DNA of 64,000 bases from Blastocystis sp. Blastoise (GCA_039096225.1 JBBPEB010000002.1:310001-374000); one strand, 5' to 3'; shown: positions 35,126 through 49,145, counted from the stretch's first letter. Program-made: numbers and translations. The notes: generated from the sequence alone by a model not told the origin.

Positions 35126-37042
35126 TTATAAATCATTAAGATCAATGACAGAATCGTATCTATTACGTAGATTATATGTATCTGGCATAACATCTTCAAG
35201 CATAGAAGGATCAACATCAGAATTATGTCTAGAAGAACCATTTTCATTTTCACTGTCAGAAACATGAGATCCCCAAGTAAGTTCAAGACTATCTTGTCTT
35301 TTACGACCTGCAATAGTATTTTTCATATCTTTAATTCTCTTCTTATAAGCAATTTCATCAAGATTATAAGTAAAAGCAAGACCGGCTTTAGAAGTTTCTC
35401 GAAGACTATCTTCAATATCTTGTCCAGTCATATACATAGTAAGTACACATTCATCAAACGAGACTATATGAGTACCATCATTCATAAGAGCATATTCAGC
35501 CGCATCAACAGCCCGACAAGCCGCCATAGCATTACGTTCAATACAAGGTATTTGTACAAGTCCTTTTACGGGGTCACAAGTTAATCCAAGATGATGTTCC
35601 ATAGCTATTTCAGCAGCATTTTCAACTTGAAGACTAGTGCCTCCATTAAGGAAGCAATAGGCACCTGCAGCCATAGCACAAGCAGTACCTATTTCTGCTT
35701 GACAACCAGCCTCAGCACCTGCAATAGAAGCATTAACTTTAGTAATATTACCAAGTATACCTGCAACACAAAGAGCATCAATAATATCATCATCAGTAAT
35801 ATGATCGATATGATGGCGACAATAATAGAGGACAGCTGGAAGTACACCACATGCACCACAAGTAGGGGCAGTGACCATGACTTCAGAAGCACTGGCGTTA
35901 TTCTCAGAAACAGCTAGAGCGTAAGCAAATAAAAATGAAACTCTCTATAGAATAACAATAATAGGAATAGTATATTTATATGTAGATTTATTTATCAAGA
36001 AATAAAATTATATAGAAAAACAAATATATATATAAATAATATAAATAATATAAATAAAATAATATAAATAAAATAATATAAATAATATAAATAATATAAA
36101 TAAAATAATATAAATAATATAAATAATATAAATAAAAAATATAATATAAAATAAATAATATAAAATAAATAAAATAAATAATATACTTGACTAAGAGGGG
36201 GAGATCGTTGAGCTTTCATAAATGTAGAATGAGCTTTTCTTGGAAGGTTTAAACCACCAGGAATAACGCCTCTTGTTTTAAGTCCAATTTCTAAACAATT
36301 AGACATTGTTTTCCAACAATCTTCTAAATATTCATGAATACCATTACCTTCAGAATCGTAAACATAATCACTTAATGTTTTGCCAGATCGAACACACCAT
36401 TTACAAATAGAGTTCATCGTAGATAGATTATATACTTGAGTGAATGTCTTTTGATATTCACCATTAATCTTTGATAAATCAGAAGCAATAACAATAGCAC
36501 CACCACCAACAGAATAATAGGTTTCAGAGGAAATCTTAACTTCGTCCTTATAGGATTCTAATGTCATACCATTGACATGGAAAAGAAGAACCTCATCTGG
36601 TTTCCAAACGAAATTAACAGGTAATGGTTTTAATGCTTTTTGTATAGCCACATCTGTTAAATGCCCTTTACCAGTAGCAGCAAGACTACCATATAATATG
36701 CAAGTAATTTTATTTGCTTCTTCACAATAATGCTCTTTGAAATGTTTAGCTGCATTATTTGGACCCATAGTATGAGAACTTGAAGGACCATATCCAATTC
36801 TGAATAATTCCTTTAACGAAGGCATACCAGGAGTTCTTGTTGAAGAAGAATAATAAATATGTGGATGACCCTATTTTCTAGTTAAAATGCTTACAGAGTA
36901 ATATATACAGATTTGTTGATAATTTTAATCTTGGAGTAATCCTAGATGACATGAGAAAGTGGCAAGATAATACAAATACCTTCTTAGAGTCTACTCTATA
37001 GAGTACAGGCTTCTTAGAAGACTCAACAATTTGTTCAGACAT
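35126..37042 (-). CDS. sdaA: Iron-sulfur-dependent L-serine dehydratase, single-chain bacterial type (spliced)
   Basis: SLKELFRIGYGPSSSHTMGP, LYGSLAATGKGHLTD, VTAPTCGACGVLP, GAEAGCQAE, EHHLGLTCDPVKGLVQIPCIERN. Confidence 0.95.
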
Positions 37043-38151
37043 TCTCAATTGATTATAAAATAAATATAAGAAAAGAATATAATCATATTCCTTTTCTATT
37101 TGCTCACAGCCTTTTTTAATCTAAAAAAAAAAAACAAAATGAATCGAAATATCCGTGATTATTAATGAGATTACGGTAGCAAATTAGTTTTTCCCGTTAT
37201 AATGGAATACACGAAAAGAACAAATAACGAAAAGGAGATATGAAACACAGAAAATGTCGATAATTTTTATGACCTTTCATTTGTCAAGTCCTCATTTGTG
37301 AATAAAATGAAAAAATAAGTAAGATTTCTTATGAGAACCGTGATTATAAATATTACTATGTAAACAACCAATCAATACTAATTATTTGAGAGTTGAGATT
37401 TCTCCAATGAAAAATGATGGATGAAAGATGATAACCAATAGAAGAAGGCATTGAGAAGTTATCAATATTTGATTGGATCAATCTCTTTTTTTAGATGATT
37501 CTCCATTAAAACAACTCTATTCAAATACTGAAAAGGACTCTAGGGAAAATATTAAAATAATCACGAATATTTGTTTTTATTTAGTAGTAGTTCTCTGGTT
37601 CTCTATATATACTTCTCTTTTTAAATGCTTTCATTCTCCACAGAAGATAAGACCATTCAATTGGTTACAAAAAATATGAAAAGTTCTTTAAGAACAAATG
37701 ATTATGATGTTTATTATTTAGAGTTGGTAATAGTATATTTCAATTGTATAAACTGATTGAAAAAGTGTATAAAAAGTTAAAAACCTGCTTATTGTAATGA
37801 ATATGTTATAGTATCACTATATAATGATTATTCAAAGACAGAAAAGAAAAAATTACTTCAATAAACAGACAATTGCAAAATGATTTTCTTTTATACTCGT
37901 TTTTAATTATTTATTTTGTTTAGACAACTTGCATACAATACTATTCAACTAAAATTAACAAGTATTAAGTCTTCAATGGAAATGGTAAAAAAGAATAGGT
38001 CAACAATATTTCATATTTATAGGATAGACGTCAATTTGTTGTTATTTTGACTATATTAGAAGCTTCTAATTAAAGTTGTTTAATGAATATTAATGAAAAT
38101 AGAAAAAAGAATAAAAGCCACATCAATTGCATACGTTTATACAGAAATAAA

Positions 38152-39874
38152 TTATTGTTCACTCATGATTTTATTTGCCAATTCAGGAATATGATCATTG
38201 ACCAATCGACGAATTTTTCTTTGTTTCTTAGCTCCTTGTTTTCCATCTGCATTCCTTCTTTTGATAGGTTTTTTGTCTTGAAATAATGCATTTGGAGATA
38301 AACCTTTATAATTATATATTATATTATTTAAATATTGATAGGAATATAATAATAATAATAATATATATATATATACCTGCTTCTTTGCATTTTTTTTCAA
38401 TTTCATCACCATCACATGGAATATCATTATCGTTTTGATTAAACCATAAATCACGTATATCATTAGATACACCTATATATGTATATAATGTTATTTATAT
38501 ATATGAAATCAATTGATAATTATAATAAAAATATATATGTATACCTTCTCTATATACAATAATTCCCTTATCTGTTTTCCCTTCATAAGAATGATCTAAG
38601 TAGATTCGAAAGGGCTCTAAAGGATAAACCCATCCGCCTTTTCTATAGAATAATCACGAAAGTGAGAATAACAAAGTATAAGAATAAAACTTATTTTTAT
38701 ATAAATAAATATATAATTAAAAAAAATACCTTTTTTGTTCATCAATAGATTTACTGATAGCACTGTCGGAAGCCACTGAAAAAGGAGTTTTTGCTGGCTG
38801 ATAATTGACTAAATACAGAAACATATAGAGAGAAAATAATTGTAAAACATACAATATAAATAATAATAGATATACATATATACCTCTATATATGAATTCA
38901 TTGATATGTATACAATCCCCATGTCTGATTTCGGCTGAAGTATTTTCAGTTCCTTCTATAAATAAACTACCTTGCTCCACTGAAAATAAACCACTCAATG
39001 GAGTCAAATAACTTTATATAAATTGATAATTATAAACATAAAGAATGAATTAAATATATATATATATATACTGATCTCCTCTGTAAAATAGTGTTTTGAT
39101 ATCATTTCTACTTTTATCTTCAGGTAAACCGATAATTATACCTTGTAAAGCTAAACTTTTGATATCTGATTCAATCTCATCATAACTATATAGTATTTAT
39201 AATTATATATTTATATAATAGAAAGCAGATAATAAATTATAAAATTAATTTAAACCATTATATATATAATTTTGAAAAAAAAAGAAATAAAAACAAAAAA
39301 ATAAATGAATATATATATATATATATACTTATCTTTTAAATCTTTCAATTCTATACCACTCTCATGACCTTTTAGAACATTTGCAATCTCATTTTTCGAT
39401 TTCACTGGATATTTAGGCTATTTAGAAATAGTAATTAATTATAAAATAATAGAAATAACAAAAATAATACATATAATATATTCAACTATAAGTTTACACA
39501 TAAACTAATAATACAAACAACTTACTTGATACCTAAATGTTGGAATTCGATTGACTTCCTCATAAACAACATATGTATTTTTCTTTAACGACTCTAAGAG
39601 ATCATATCGTACGTCCAAATCTATTTTTGTATCTCGTTTGATTTGTTCTTTTGATATTTTTGGAAATGATTTATCCTTACTCAAATACTGGATAACATCA
39701 TGTTGTAGTTGCACTAATCCATCATCAATAATAGATGGATTCTGCTCAACTATAGAGATAGAGAAAAGAATATACTTGAATCATAATTTGTACACAAATT
39801 ATTTCTCAAGTATATGTAAAAAACATACGGATAGATTGCTGAGCTAAGTTTTTCCAATGCTGCTGATTACTCAT
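38152..39874 (-). CDS. GTF2E2: Transcription factor IIE beta subunit with an internal ~95-aa insertion (spliced)
   Basis: FRYQPKYPVKSKNEIANVL, GIELKDLKDNY, TLFYR...VSNDIRDLW, basic tail RKIRRLVNDHIPEL. Confidence 0.75.
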
Positions 39875-40110
39875 ATGATTTATATATAATATTGACTGTT
39901 TAAGTTTAAAAACCTAGACTTGTCTTGAAAAACTAGGTAATCTTTTATTCCCGTTGATTTACGAGAGTTGGCGGGGATTAGCTTCCAGTTTTCAAAATAA
40001 TCAAAATATAGTAAAAACGATTACCCCTTTTAAAAAATTTTCTTTATATATTCTTATTCATTTATTCTTTTATTTGAAAGAATATTATATGTATATATAA
40101 ATATATATAG

Positions 40111-40540
40111 AGGAGATATGTATGGTGTACACGTAGGTCATGGTCATACTAATGATTATATAGTTAATTATGAAGGTATTGACCTAATATATGGACGTAA
40201 AACAGGTATAGGCTATTATGGCCCTTCTTCAGGGTATATATTATATATACAGTTATTTGAATTTTTCAATATATATTGTAATTATTAATATTTCTACAAT
40301 AAAAGTATTTTTTTTTATTATAAGTAAAAAGCAGATATAAATCTATATATAAAATATTATAACAATATGGTTTTCATTACATATGACCCTATATATTAAT
40401 AAACCTTTGTATAGAGTAAAAAAGGTGGTCGTATGATTGAGATTACTTGAAAATATCATAAAATATCTATTAGTAATTATATTGTTAATGAAAGAAAGAA
40501 ACACAATCTGAAAAAAATGGTATCACCGAAACACAATTGA
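40111..40540 (+). pseudogene. C-terminal fragment of a calcineurin-like metallophosphoesterase (DCR2/PAP29-like)
   Basis: VHVGHGHTNDY..GIDLIYGRKTGIGYYGP then KGGRMIEIT*; the splice junction is frameshifted, there is an early TGA, and N-terminal exons are missing. Confidence 0.65.
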
Positions 40541-40858
40541 AATGTTAATTGTAATTGTTTATAATATAGAATTTTTTTATTATATATATATATATATTAA
40601 CTCCTTTAAGTTATATATATATTCTATTGAAATATGATATTTATGAAATATATTCCTTTGTTAATTAGTTGTTCGTTATAAAAATATGTTTATAAAGTTA
40701 TCAACAATCTAAACACTACTATTGATAAGTATTTATATGTTTGTGACAATTAATATATATATATATATATATATACATAAAACAGTAGTTCAAAGTGTAA
40801 AAATTAAAAAAAATATATTTAAAAATTTTTTTTAATATAAATATACTTATTTACATGA

Positions 40859-41185
40859 TTAGAATGTACTTTTTGATTCATTTCCAAGTGCTGTCATCCA
40901 TTGAAGGAGATCCTCTTCCGTTTCACACTTTAAATAGTATAAACGAGCTGTTCCTTCCAACTATATATATATATGTAGTATATATAGTATAGTATAGACA
41001 AAAAAAATAAAAATATATATGAAATTACTAAAATATTGTAATATATTAAAGATGTATATTCTATATATATATATATACATACCTTAATAATATACTCATT
41101 ACTAGTCTTCATTTTTTCCTGCTTTGAAACCTCAAATAAACTGATATCCAAAGAATCAACCTTATTTCCATCCTGTATATATATA

Positions 41186-41227
<42 letters not shown>

Positions 41228-41362
41228 ATTCTATTATATGTATATATATATATATATATACGGGTGCAGTATACCATGTTAATATTTTTGATGATAATTG
41301 AAACCATAAGTTGGTACTAGTGCCATTTAATATATCTATATATATGTATATATAAATCTATA

Positions 41363-41416
<54 letters not shown>

Positions 41417-42917
41417 TAACAATAATTCTATATATATACTATACTTCTAAAATAATATATATATAAATATATATATATATATATCAATCTCATCAAGCCA
41501 ACCTGCTTTGATAATATACACATCTCTCACTGGATTTCCTGCTGTTGGATTTACCGCGGTTAAAGCAGGTAATTCTCTTTAGTGTAATAGAATAAGTATA
41601 ATAATAAGTATAATAAGTATAGCTGTATAATGAAATAATCATAATAAATAAACATATAATAACATATAATAATATTATATAGAACAATAAATAGAAGGAT
41701 AAATACATTAATAGTTATAAGAGAAATAATCATAATAAACAAATATTTAATAAACATATAATACTATACTCGGTATGAGGGGTTTTTACGTTATATAATT
41801 CTCCTTTTCCCTCGAAATGAAACGCTTCTTCCAAAAGACTATCGGCCTCATCTTCATAAATAACCGTGATTAATTTACGCTTTAATAATTCTTGACAAAA
41901 TGTAAAAGCCTTTATATATATATATAATATAATATTATAATATTATAATAAATAGAATATACTCCTTATATATATATACTTCATCTTCTGTTTTTACAAT
42001 TTCTCTATTCACCAGGAAAATAACTAATTCACTTCCAGCAATCGTATTCTTATAAACCTATATATATAATTGATTATAGTAATATATATTAAAGAGTATA
42101 TATGATAATTACTATTATATGTAATATATATATATACCTGATAATTATTATATGAAATATATATATATATATATACTTTGTCTTGTGATTTATTATCCTT
42201 AACCAGACCATAAACATATAATCGATGACAAACAGTAGTATATATATCTGTGTTTGTATGTGGAGATAAACCATCGGATGTAGGACTAAAAGGAGGCTAT
42301 ATATATATAAAATATAAATAAAAAAACAATCAACATATTATAAAAACAAAAATAAAAAATAATAATATACAGTTTTAATAAGACTATCTACAGTGAATTC
42401 AGGAGGGAAGAAAGTACCGCTGATTCTCATACTTGACACTCCTTTCTTATTTTGTAAAACTTCATTCGGATTATGATAAACATAAGTATCATTTCCAGTA
42501 CCAAATTTACGAATTAAGCTCTTCTTTTGAGAGAATCCACCATTTGATGTAGAATGACCCTTTTCTATATAATATTGGACAATATATATATGTATAAAAT
42601 CAAACTAATAATCGAAAGATAAATTATATAAAACAATGCATAAGAATATCATTATAATATTATTAGAAATGAAAAATAAAAATATATTTCGATATATATA
42701 TCATACCAGTAACAAAGAAAAGATCATGACAGTTCAAATGCCATTTTCTTGTGTGATCACTGACAAAATCATCACCTTCAACAATCTTACCACATCCAGG
42801 ACAATACATAGAGTGGATCATTTTCAAGCAAGTATCACATATATAGGCGCTCTTATCTGTAACTTCAGTTCGATCACAAAATGAACATTTGATTGCTTTC
42901 TTTTCCAATAAATTCAT
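40859..42917 (-). CDS. Zinc-finger (LIM-like) + DEP + PH domain signalling protein (spliced)
   Basis: CSFC..CDTC..CPGCGK..WHLNC; DEP YKNTIAGSELVIFLV..EDEAFTFCQELLKRKLI; PH IIKAGWL..LTWY..YYLKCETEEDLLQWMTAL. Confidence 0.75.
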
Positions 42918-43559
42918 AATCACCTATACTTTTTATATAAAAATAAACATAAATTATATTATAAAGAAGATAGTATATACTATTAAATTTAATTTACAAT
43001 ATTAATTAAAGGTTAACTTTTGAAAATAGAAAGAATTGAATCCAAATTTTCAACAAAAGTTTATTTTTTGAATTTTCATTTTGAGTCTATTTAGACAATA
43101 GACATTGAGAAATGATTTACTGTGATGTCTAAGGCACAAAAAGGCAAGAATATATTAGTTTTGAAAAAGTCTAAAGGATCAGTCAATTAGTCAGTTAAGA
43201 CTTGTTGGCTTTTAACTATACATTTATGTGTAGATTGTGATTTGTAATGTAAATGTTATCTCTATTATTCAAAATAAAATCACAAAAGTCGCAATTAAGT
43301 CAACTTATCGAGTATTTATTTTTTAGTGTTTATGCCATTATATTATTGTTTAAACTATCATTTTAAGTCTGATTGATAACTCTCTGAGTTTACACAGCAA
43401 TATTCGAGTCAAAATCAGAAGAATTTTTATTGTGTTATAAAATAAAAATTATCACATAAATGAGTCATGTATGATATGTATAAGCTATTTAAATAAAAAA
43501 AAAGTTCAAATAAATGAAAATATGTATAACTAAAAATTGAAAGAAAAAATGAAAGAACA

Positions 43560-44335
43560 GATTTTAAATCTCATATTCTATTTATCTTGTGTACCTGCAA
43601 GAAGTCGTCCTTTTGGTTTATTTCTGTATGTTACTTATCTATCTATTCTATATCTCGTAGTTGACTCATTTTTTAATCTTCTGATTTCTCAGATCGTCAA
43701 AATCTCAATTTCTGTCGAGGTTGGTCAAAACGTTCTGAAAGGTATATATTCTATATTATTTATATATTTATTATCATTTATTTATATTATATATATTTCT
43801 ATACAGTATTGATGATCAACAGAACGATGATTATTGTTTCCACTTCACTCTCTTCTTTTCTTCTTTAGCTTTCTAATGGTCCCTTTGACTCTTTTATGAT
43901 CTCCTGATGTTATTGAAATGGAATTAAATTATTTCTTACGTGTTTTAGGTATGTATATATATATGTTTTTTTCTTTTTAATTATATTTGTCTTTTTATGA
44001 TTCTATTATGAATTAATTTATTTTTATATATATTATTTTTCATTAATATATATATATTTGCTTATATATACATGTATATATATCTATATTATCTCTATAG
44101 CTCTTTATATATATATATTAATATCATTCTATTTTATTATCTATATGATAGCATTGATTATAGTATTAATTGTTCTATCTATTTATGTATATGATAATTC
44201 TTCAACTATAACTTTTACTCTTCTCTCTATTCACTCAATTATTAATATTCTTATTCATTATATTTAAGCTCCATAACGGATGGAAATATATATCTATATG
44301 TATATATATATAAAGGTTCAATTCCTGGCTTTTAT
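43560..44335 (+). ncRNA. Putative spliced non-coding transcript ending in a degenerate tRNA-like element (44266-44331)
   Basis: GT-AG intron-like segments 43626-43660, 43742-43806 and 43949-44100; no spliced ORF; TCCAT-AACGG-ATGGA hairpin plus AGG-TTCAATT-CCT T-arm. Confidence 0.4.
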
Positions 44336-45460
44336 TGTTTTGCTTTTTATATTTTATTATATTATATTATCTATTAATTCTATATATATATTATTTATTA
44401 TTATCTTACATTATTTCTTATAGTATACTTTATTATTATACTCTATATAATATTATGTTGTATTATATTTTTAAAAATCTATTCTATATTATCTATTCTA
44501 TTTGGTTATCTACTATTTATTTTATTATAATCTATTCTATATCTGCTTTATCTTGATTAGACTATGTTTATTCTATACTATTCGTTATATAGTAATATTT
44601 ATCTTTAGGATCAAATGACTACTTATTAGATTATACAATTTATTCTTATATGTAAATATTATGTATTTATATATATACTATTATTATACACATTATATGT
44701 TCTATTCATCTTTTGTATATTTTTTAATTACTGGTTGTATAGTATATTATCTTTTGTATTATCTTTTATAACTATGTTGCATTACATATTATAGTATATA
44801 TTGTATATAGATTATTTTCTTATTATTATTTATACGATATAGTACATAAAACCTATCTATTTACATAGAATATGATATTATCTGTTGTATACTATATTTT
44901 TTATTGATACGCCTATATAACATTATTCTTTAGAACATTTCAATCATAAACTAAAATGCTTATATCTCCATTAATAAACGATGTTGATGTATTATATTGT
45001 TTACTTTTTCTTTTTCATGATCCATAGAGATCAAAAGTAGTAATAAATTATGATATATAATAATCCACAGAATGATTGAATTCATTGTAGCTTTTATTTA
45101 TAAAATACTTTTTTTTCGCAGTTATAATATACTTAAATATGTAATATACATCTTTATAAATAGTTAAATAACTTAAACTATGACTATAAAGAGATTACGA
45201 AACTAATTTGTGAATTGATTAATTAATATTTATAAAAATACTTTTAATGACTCTTAATTGACCTTTTAAGCATACTCACACCATCTAAATAAGTAATCCT
45301 CTTTTAATCATGTAATCAAAACTTTCAATGCACTTATTTCCATAAACTCTAGTTACAAAAATGTTTATAGCAGTCATTTCACATTCATTAGTATAATTTT
45401 TACATTAAAAACAGTTATATGTAAAAAAATAAGCATAATATGTATTAATTCTCTAGAGTC

Positions 45461-46337
45461 TAGAGTTGGGCAAATGGAAGTCCATTTGTATGGAGGTCCA
45501 TCTAGGTCCAATTTTTGGGGTTGGAGCTCCAATTTGTAGCTCGTTTTTCTCCCTTTTTTCACGGGAAAAAAAAAACATTTTTTGGTGTGGTTTCAATCTT
45601 CAGTACAAGCTATTGTTGAGTCAAGATACCATGGGGTAATCAATGTATATGCTATAGCTATACCAACTTTGAAAAATAAAGCAATATTGAACGAGTATAA
45701 AATATAATTACAATTAGTAAAATGAAAATTAGAATTTGGTTCTTCTATTCAACTCTAGACACTATAGTCTATATAAATATATATCAATTACAACTTTGTA
45801 ATAAAGTTGAATCAAACAATTATTTTTTTGCATTATTTTATCCATAAGAATATCTAGTCATGTACGCCCCTTTATGTATATTCTTATTTATATAAAATAT
45901 CTGTATTTTTATAAACTATCGATTCATCTTTATTCATGTCAACTTTTCTAAATGTCATCATATCAGCTTTTTTGTATACAATAGACAGTTTATAACTCTT
46001 AATGATAGATTTTAGATTAAATTTACAAAATATAATGAATATGATGAATAAATATAATTGTATAAATGCCTTATTAATATTGAATAGAACATAAAATCTA
46101 TTTATAAAGTGGCATACTCTACAATTAAATAAGATAAATCACTTATAAAGTGAATTGCATCTAATTGTCATATATACTTAAAATCTCTCCTGTTCGAAGT
46201 GTGAACATAAGTATATAGAATACAAAAAATATATATAATTTAAAAAAATAAGTATTTTGATACTATTATACAAGAAAAGTCACTTTTAAAAGAAAATTTT
46301 GATACAAGTGAAACTTGATGGACTTCGCCCAACTCTA
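45461..46337. mobile_element. Non-autonomous TIR element (hAT-like MITE), ~877 bp
   Basis: TAGAGTTGGGC(AAATG)GAAGTCCAT at the left end versus ATGGACTTC-GCCCAACTCTA at the right; repeated subterminal (G/C)TCCA motifs; no clean 8-bp TSD. Confidence 0.6.
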
Positions 46338-46746
46338 TCTCTAGTGTTTTCTATATATCTCACAAAAAATGAAAAAATATAGAGAATAGAAGTTAATCCC
46401 GTAGACTCTCGTACGAAAACGGGGAAAACTGTTTGTTCCCCAAAATTTATTGAATAAACACGGATAAGCGACTATTTTTCTCATTTTTGAGTGAAATAAC
46501 GATTACCCACAATTTCCCAATAAATATATATTTAAAAAATGATTTCATTCGATATTTCTTTAATAAAAAATGCATTAACACAAAACAAAAGATATGTAAA
46601 ATCATATCTAAATTGTAAAAAATGCAATGATTTTAACTATTGAAACAATACAGAAAGCCGAAAAAGAAAAAACACACAGATTAAAATATAACGAAGTTTA
46701 AAGGAATTAAAAAAAATATGTATATAAAGTAATAAGAATAAATAGT

Positions 46747-47303
46747 TTAACCCATTTTCAATACACCCGCAGCAATAAGCATTCGAATCTTTTCAGCAAT
46801 ACCCGGATTAGAAAGATACTTTTGAGCACTCTTTGGGTCCGCCTCCATATCTTTCAATACCTTTTGAATAGCAGGATCCGTAATAACCGCCTGAATCTCA
46901 GGATCTTCGAGAGCGCGTTGACGCTGAACTGGATCATCAGGAGATGTCATTATCTATATATATATATTATAAGTAATGATATTATAAACTATTATAAACT
47001 ATTATAAAATATTATATTATAAAATATTATAATTAAAAGCAATAATAATAACTATATATACTTCATTAATCTTAAGAGAGCATTTATATAATCCATCAGA
47101 GCACCCTGCATCGTTATTATCAATCTCTAAACCCTTCTTAAAACACTGTTCAGCCTTCCAATACTTCTTTAAGGTCATATATATCGTTCCTTTTCTCCAA
47201 TAAGCCTTTATATACTTAGGATCTATCTTAAGAGCCTATAGAATCAATAATAATAATAATATTATAATAATAATAAATATGAAATATAATAAAATCAAAA
47301 ATC

Positions 47304-47337
<34 letters not shown>

Positions 47338-47772
47338 TATATACCTTTTCAATATCATCTAATGCTTGTCCCCAGTCCATGACTTTACATAAAGCAGACG
47401 CTCTATTTAAATAGAAAACTGGATTATTATTATCTCTTCGAATAGCTTCTTCATATTCATGAATACTCTCTACATATTTACCTTCATTAAATAATTCATT
47501 ACCTTTAGTTTTATGTTCTAAAGCTATTTCAGGATTATATAATGCTTTCTTTTCACATTCTTTCTTTAAGCTTTCAGCTTGTTTCAGCTTAGTCTTTAAA
47601 GTAGGTAAGGGGAATTCCATCTGGGCCTTCTCATAATACTCGATTGCATTCTTCCAATCATCTTGCTTATAATAAGCTGTTCCTATACGACAATAAGCCT
47701 ATAGATAATAATAATAATAATAATAATAACAATAATAATAAAAATAAAAATAAAAATAAAAATAAAAATAAA

Positions 47773-47833
<61 letters not shown>

Positions 47834-49145
47834 GCTATATCTATATATACCTTAGCAACATCTTCATAACTAGCCTTATAGTCATTTCTATTATCAATAA
47901 CTTTATTACAAGTAGCAATACAATCTTCAAAAGCTCCTTTCTCACATTGAGCAGCAGCAATATTATTTAATAAAACTACATTCTTATCATTCACAGATAA
48001 AGCTTCAGTATACTTGGCTATAGCTTCATCAAATTTCTTGCTCTTATATAAAGCATTACCTTCTTCTTTTAAGCTTTGAATCTTCTTTCTATATATATAT
48101 ATTTATATATATATAATTATATATTTAATATATATATATATATACTCTTCTTCACTTAATTCAGGTTCGGGCTATATATAAAAATAAATATAAAAACAAA
48201 TATATATAAATATAAATATATATAATTTTCTTAATAATATACTTGTTTTTCTTCTTTCTTAGGTTGTTGTTTCTTCGGTTCAGGAGTATAAGAAGGAGTA
48301 GGTTCAGGAACAGAAGCATTAGCAGCTCCCTCAGGGGGCATACCAAAACCAATACCTAAAGCTTTCTCCATCACTTTACTAAAACGTGGATCTTGTAATA
48401 CTATTCCTAAACTTTGAGAAGGATTAGTTTGTAACATGTGTAATTTAGCCATAAAATCAGCATCCTCTAAATAACTTCTTAGTTCAGGATCTTGTTGCAT
48501 CTTTGCAATTAAAGGAGGACCAAAAAGTTGTGAAAACATAGCATCTTGTTCAGCTTGACTGGGCATTCCTTGAGGCATTCCTTGAGGCATTCCTTGAGGT
48601 CTATTGGCATTCTCACGAGCTTTTATAGCATCATTTTTACCTTGTTCTAAAGAAGCAGTACCAGGACAAGCAGTTAAACCTATAGAAAGAAAGATTATTA
48701 GTTAAAATAGTATAAAAAATAAATCAAATGATATTCATACTACTTAGAATCATTTCAAAGATATATATTTATTATATTCATAAATTAAATATAAATAAAT
48801 GTTAAAAAAAGAATAAAAAATACCTTCATCATAAGCTTTAATGGATTCATCGTATTTCCCAAGAGCATGTAAAGCAGCACCTTTACGAGCATAACCTTTA
48901 GCCCAATCAGGCTTAACACGAACACAATCATTAGCATCTCTTAAAGCAAATTCTTTGTTACCCATACTCAAATAAGCAGCAGATCTGTTACTGTATAGAA
49001 TATGGTTATCGGGATCAAACTTCAAACCCTCAGTATACCATTGAATAGCTTCTTGATATTTCTTTTCACTTAAAAAGCTATTACCTTTATTCTTACATTC
49101 AAGAACTTGAGCAGCACGTTCTTCAGGACTACCAGCTCCAGACAT
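46747..49145 (-). CDS. STI1: Hsp70/Hsp90 organising protein STI1/HOP (spliced)
   Basis: TPR1 (KNKGN..LYSNRSAAY..PDWAKGYARKG), DP1, TPR2A, TPR2B and DP2 (DPEIQAVITDPAIQKVL..LIAAGVL). Confidence 0.95.

Noticed and set aside
35225-35917. + strand ORFs of 108-119 aa
   Set aside because: Antisense shadows of the SdaA coding exon
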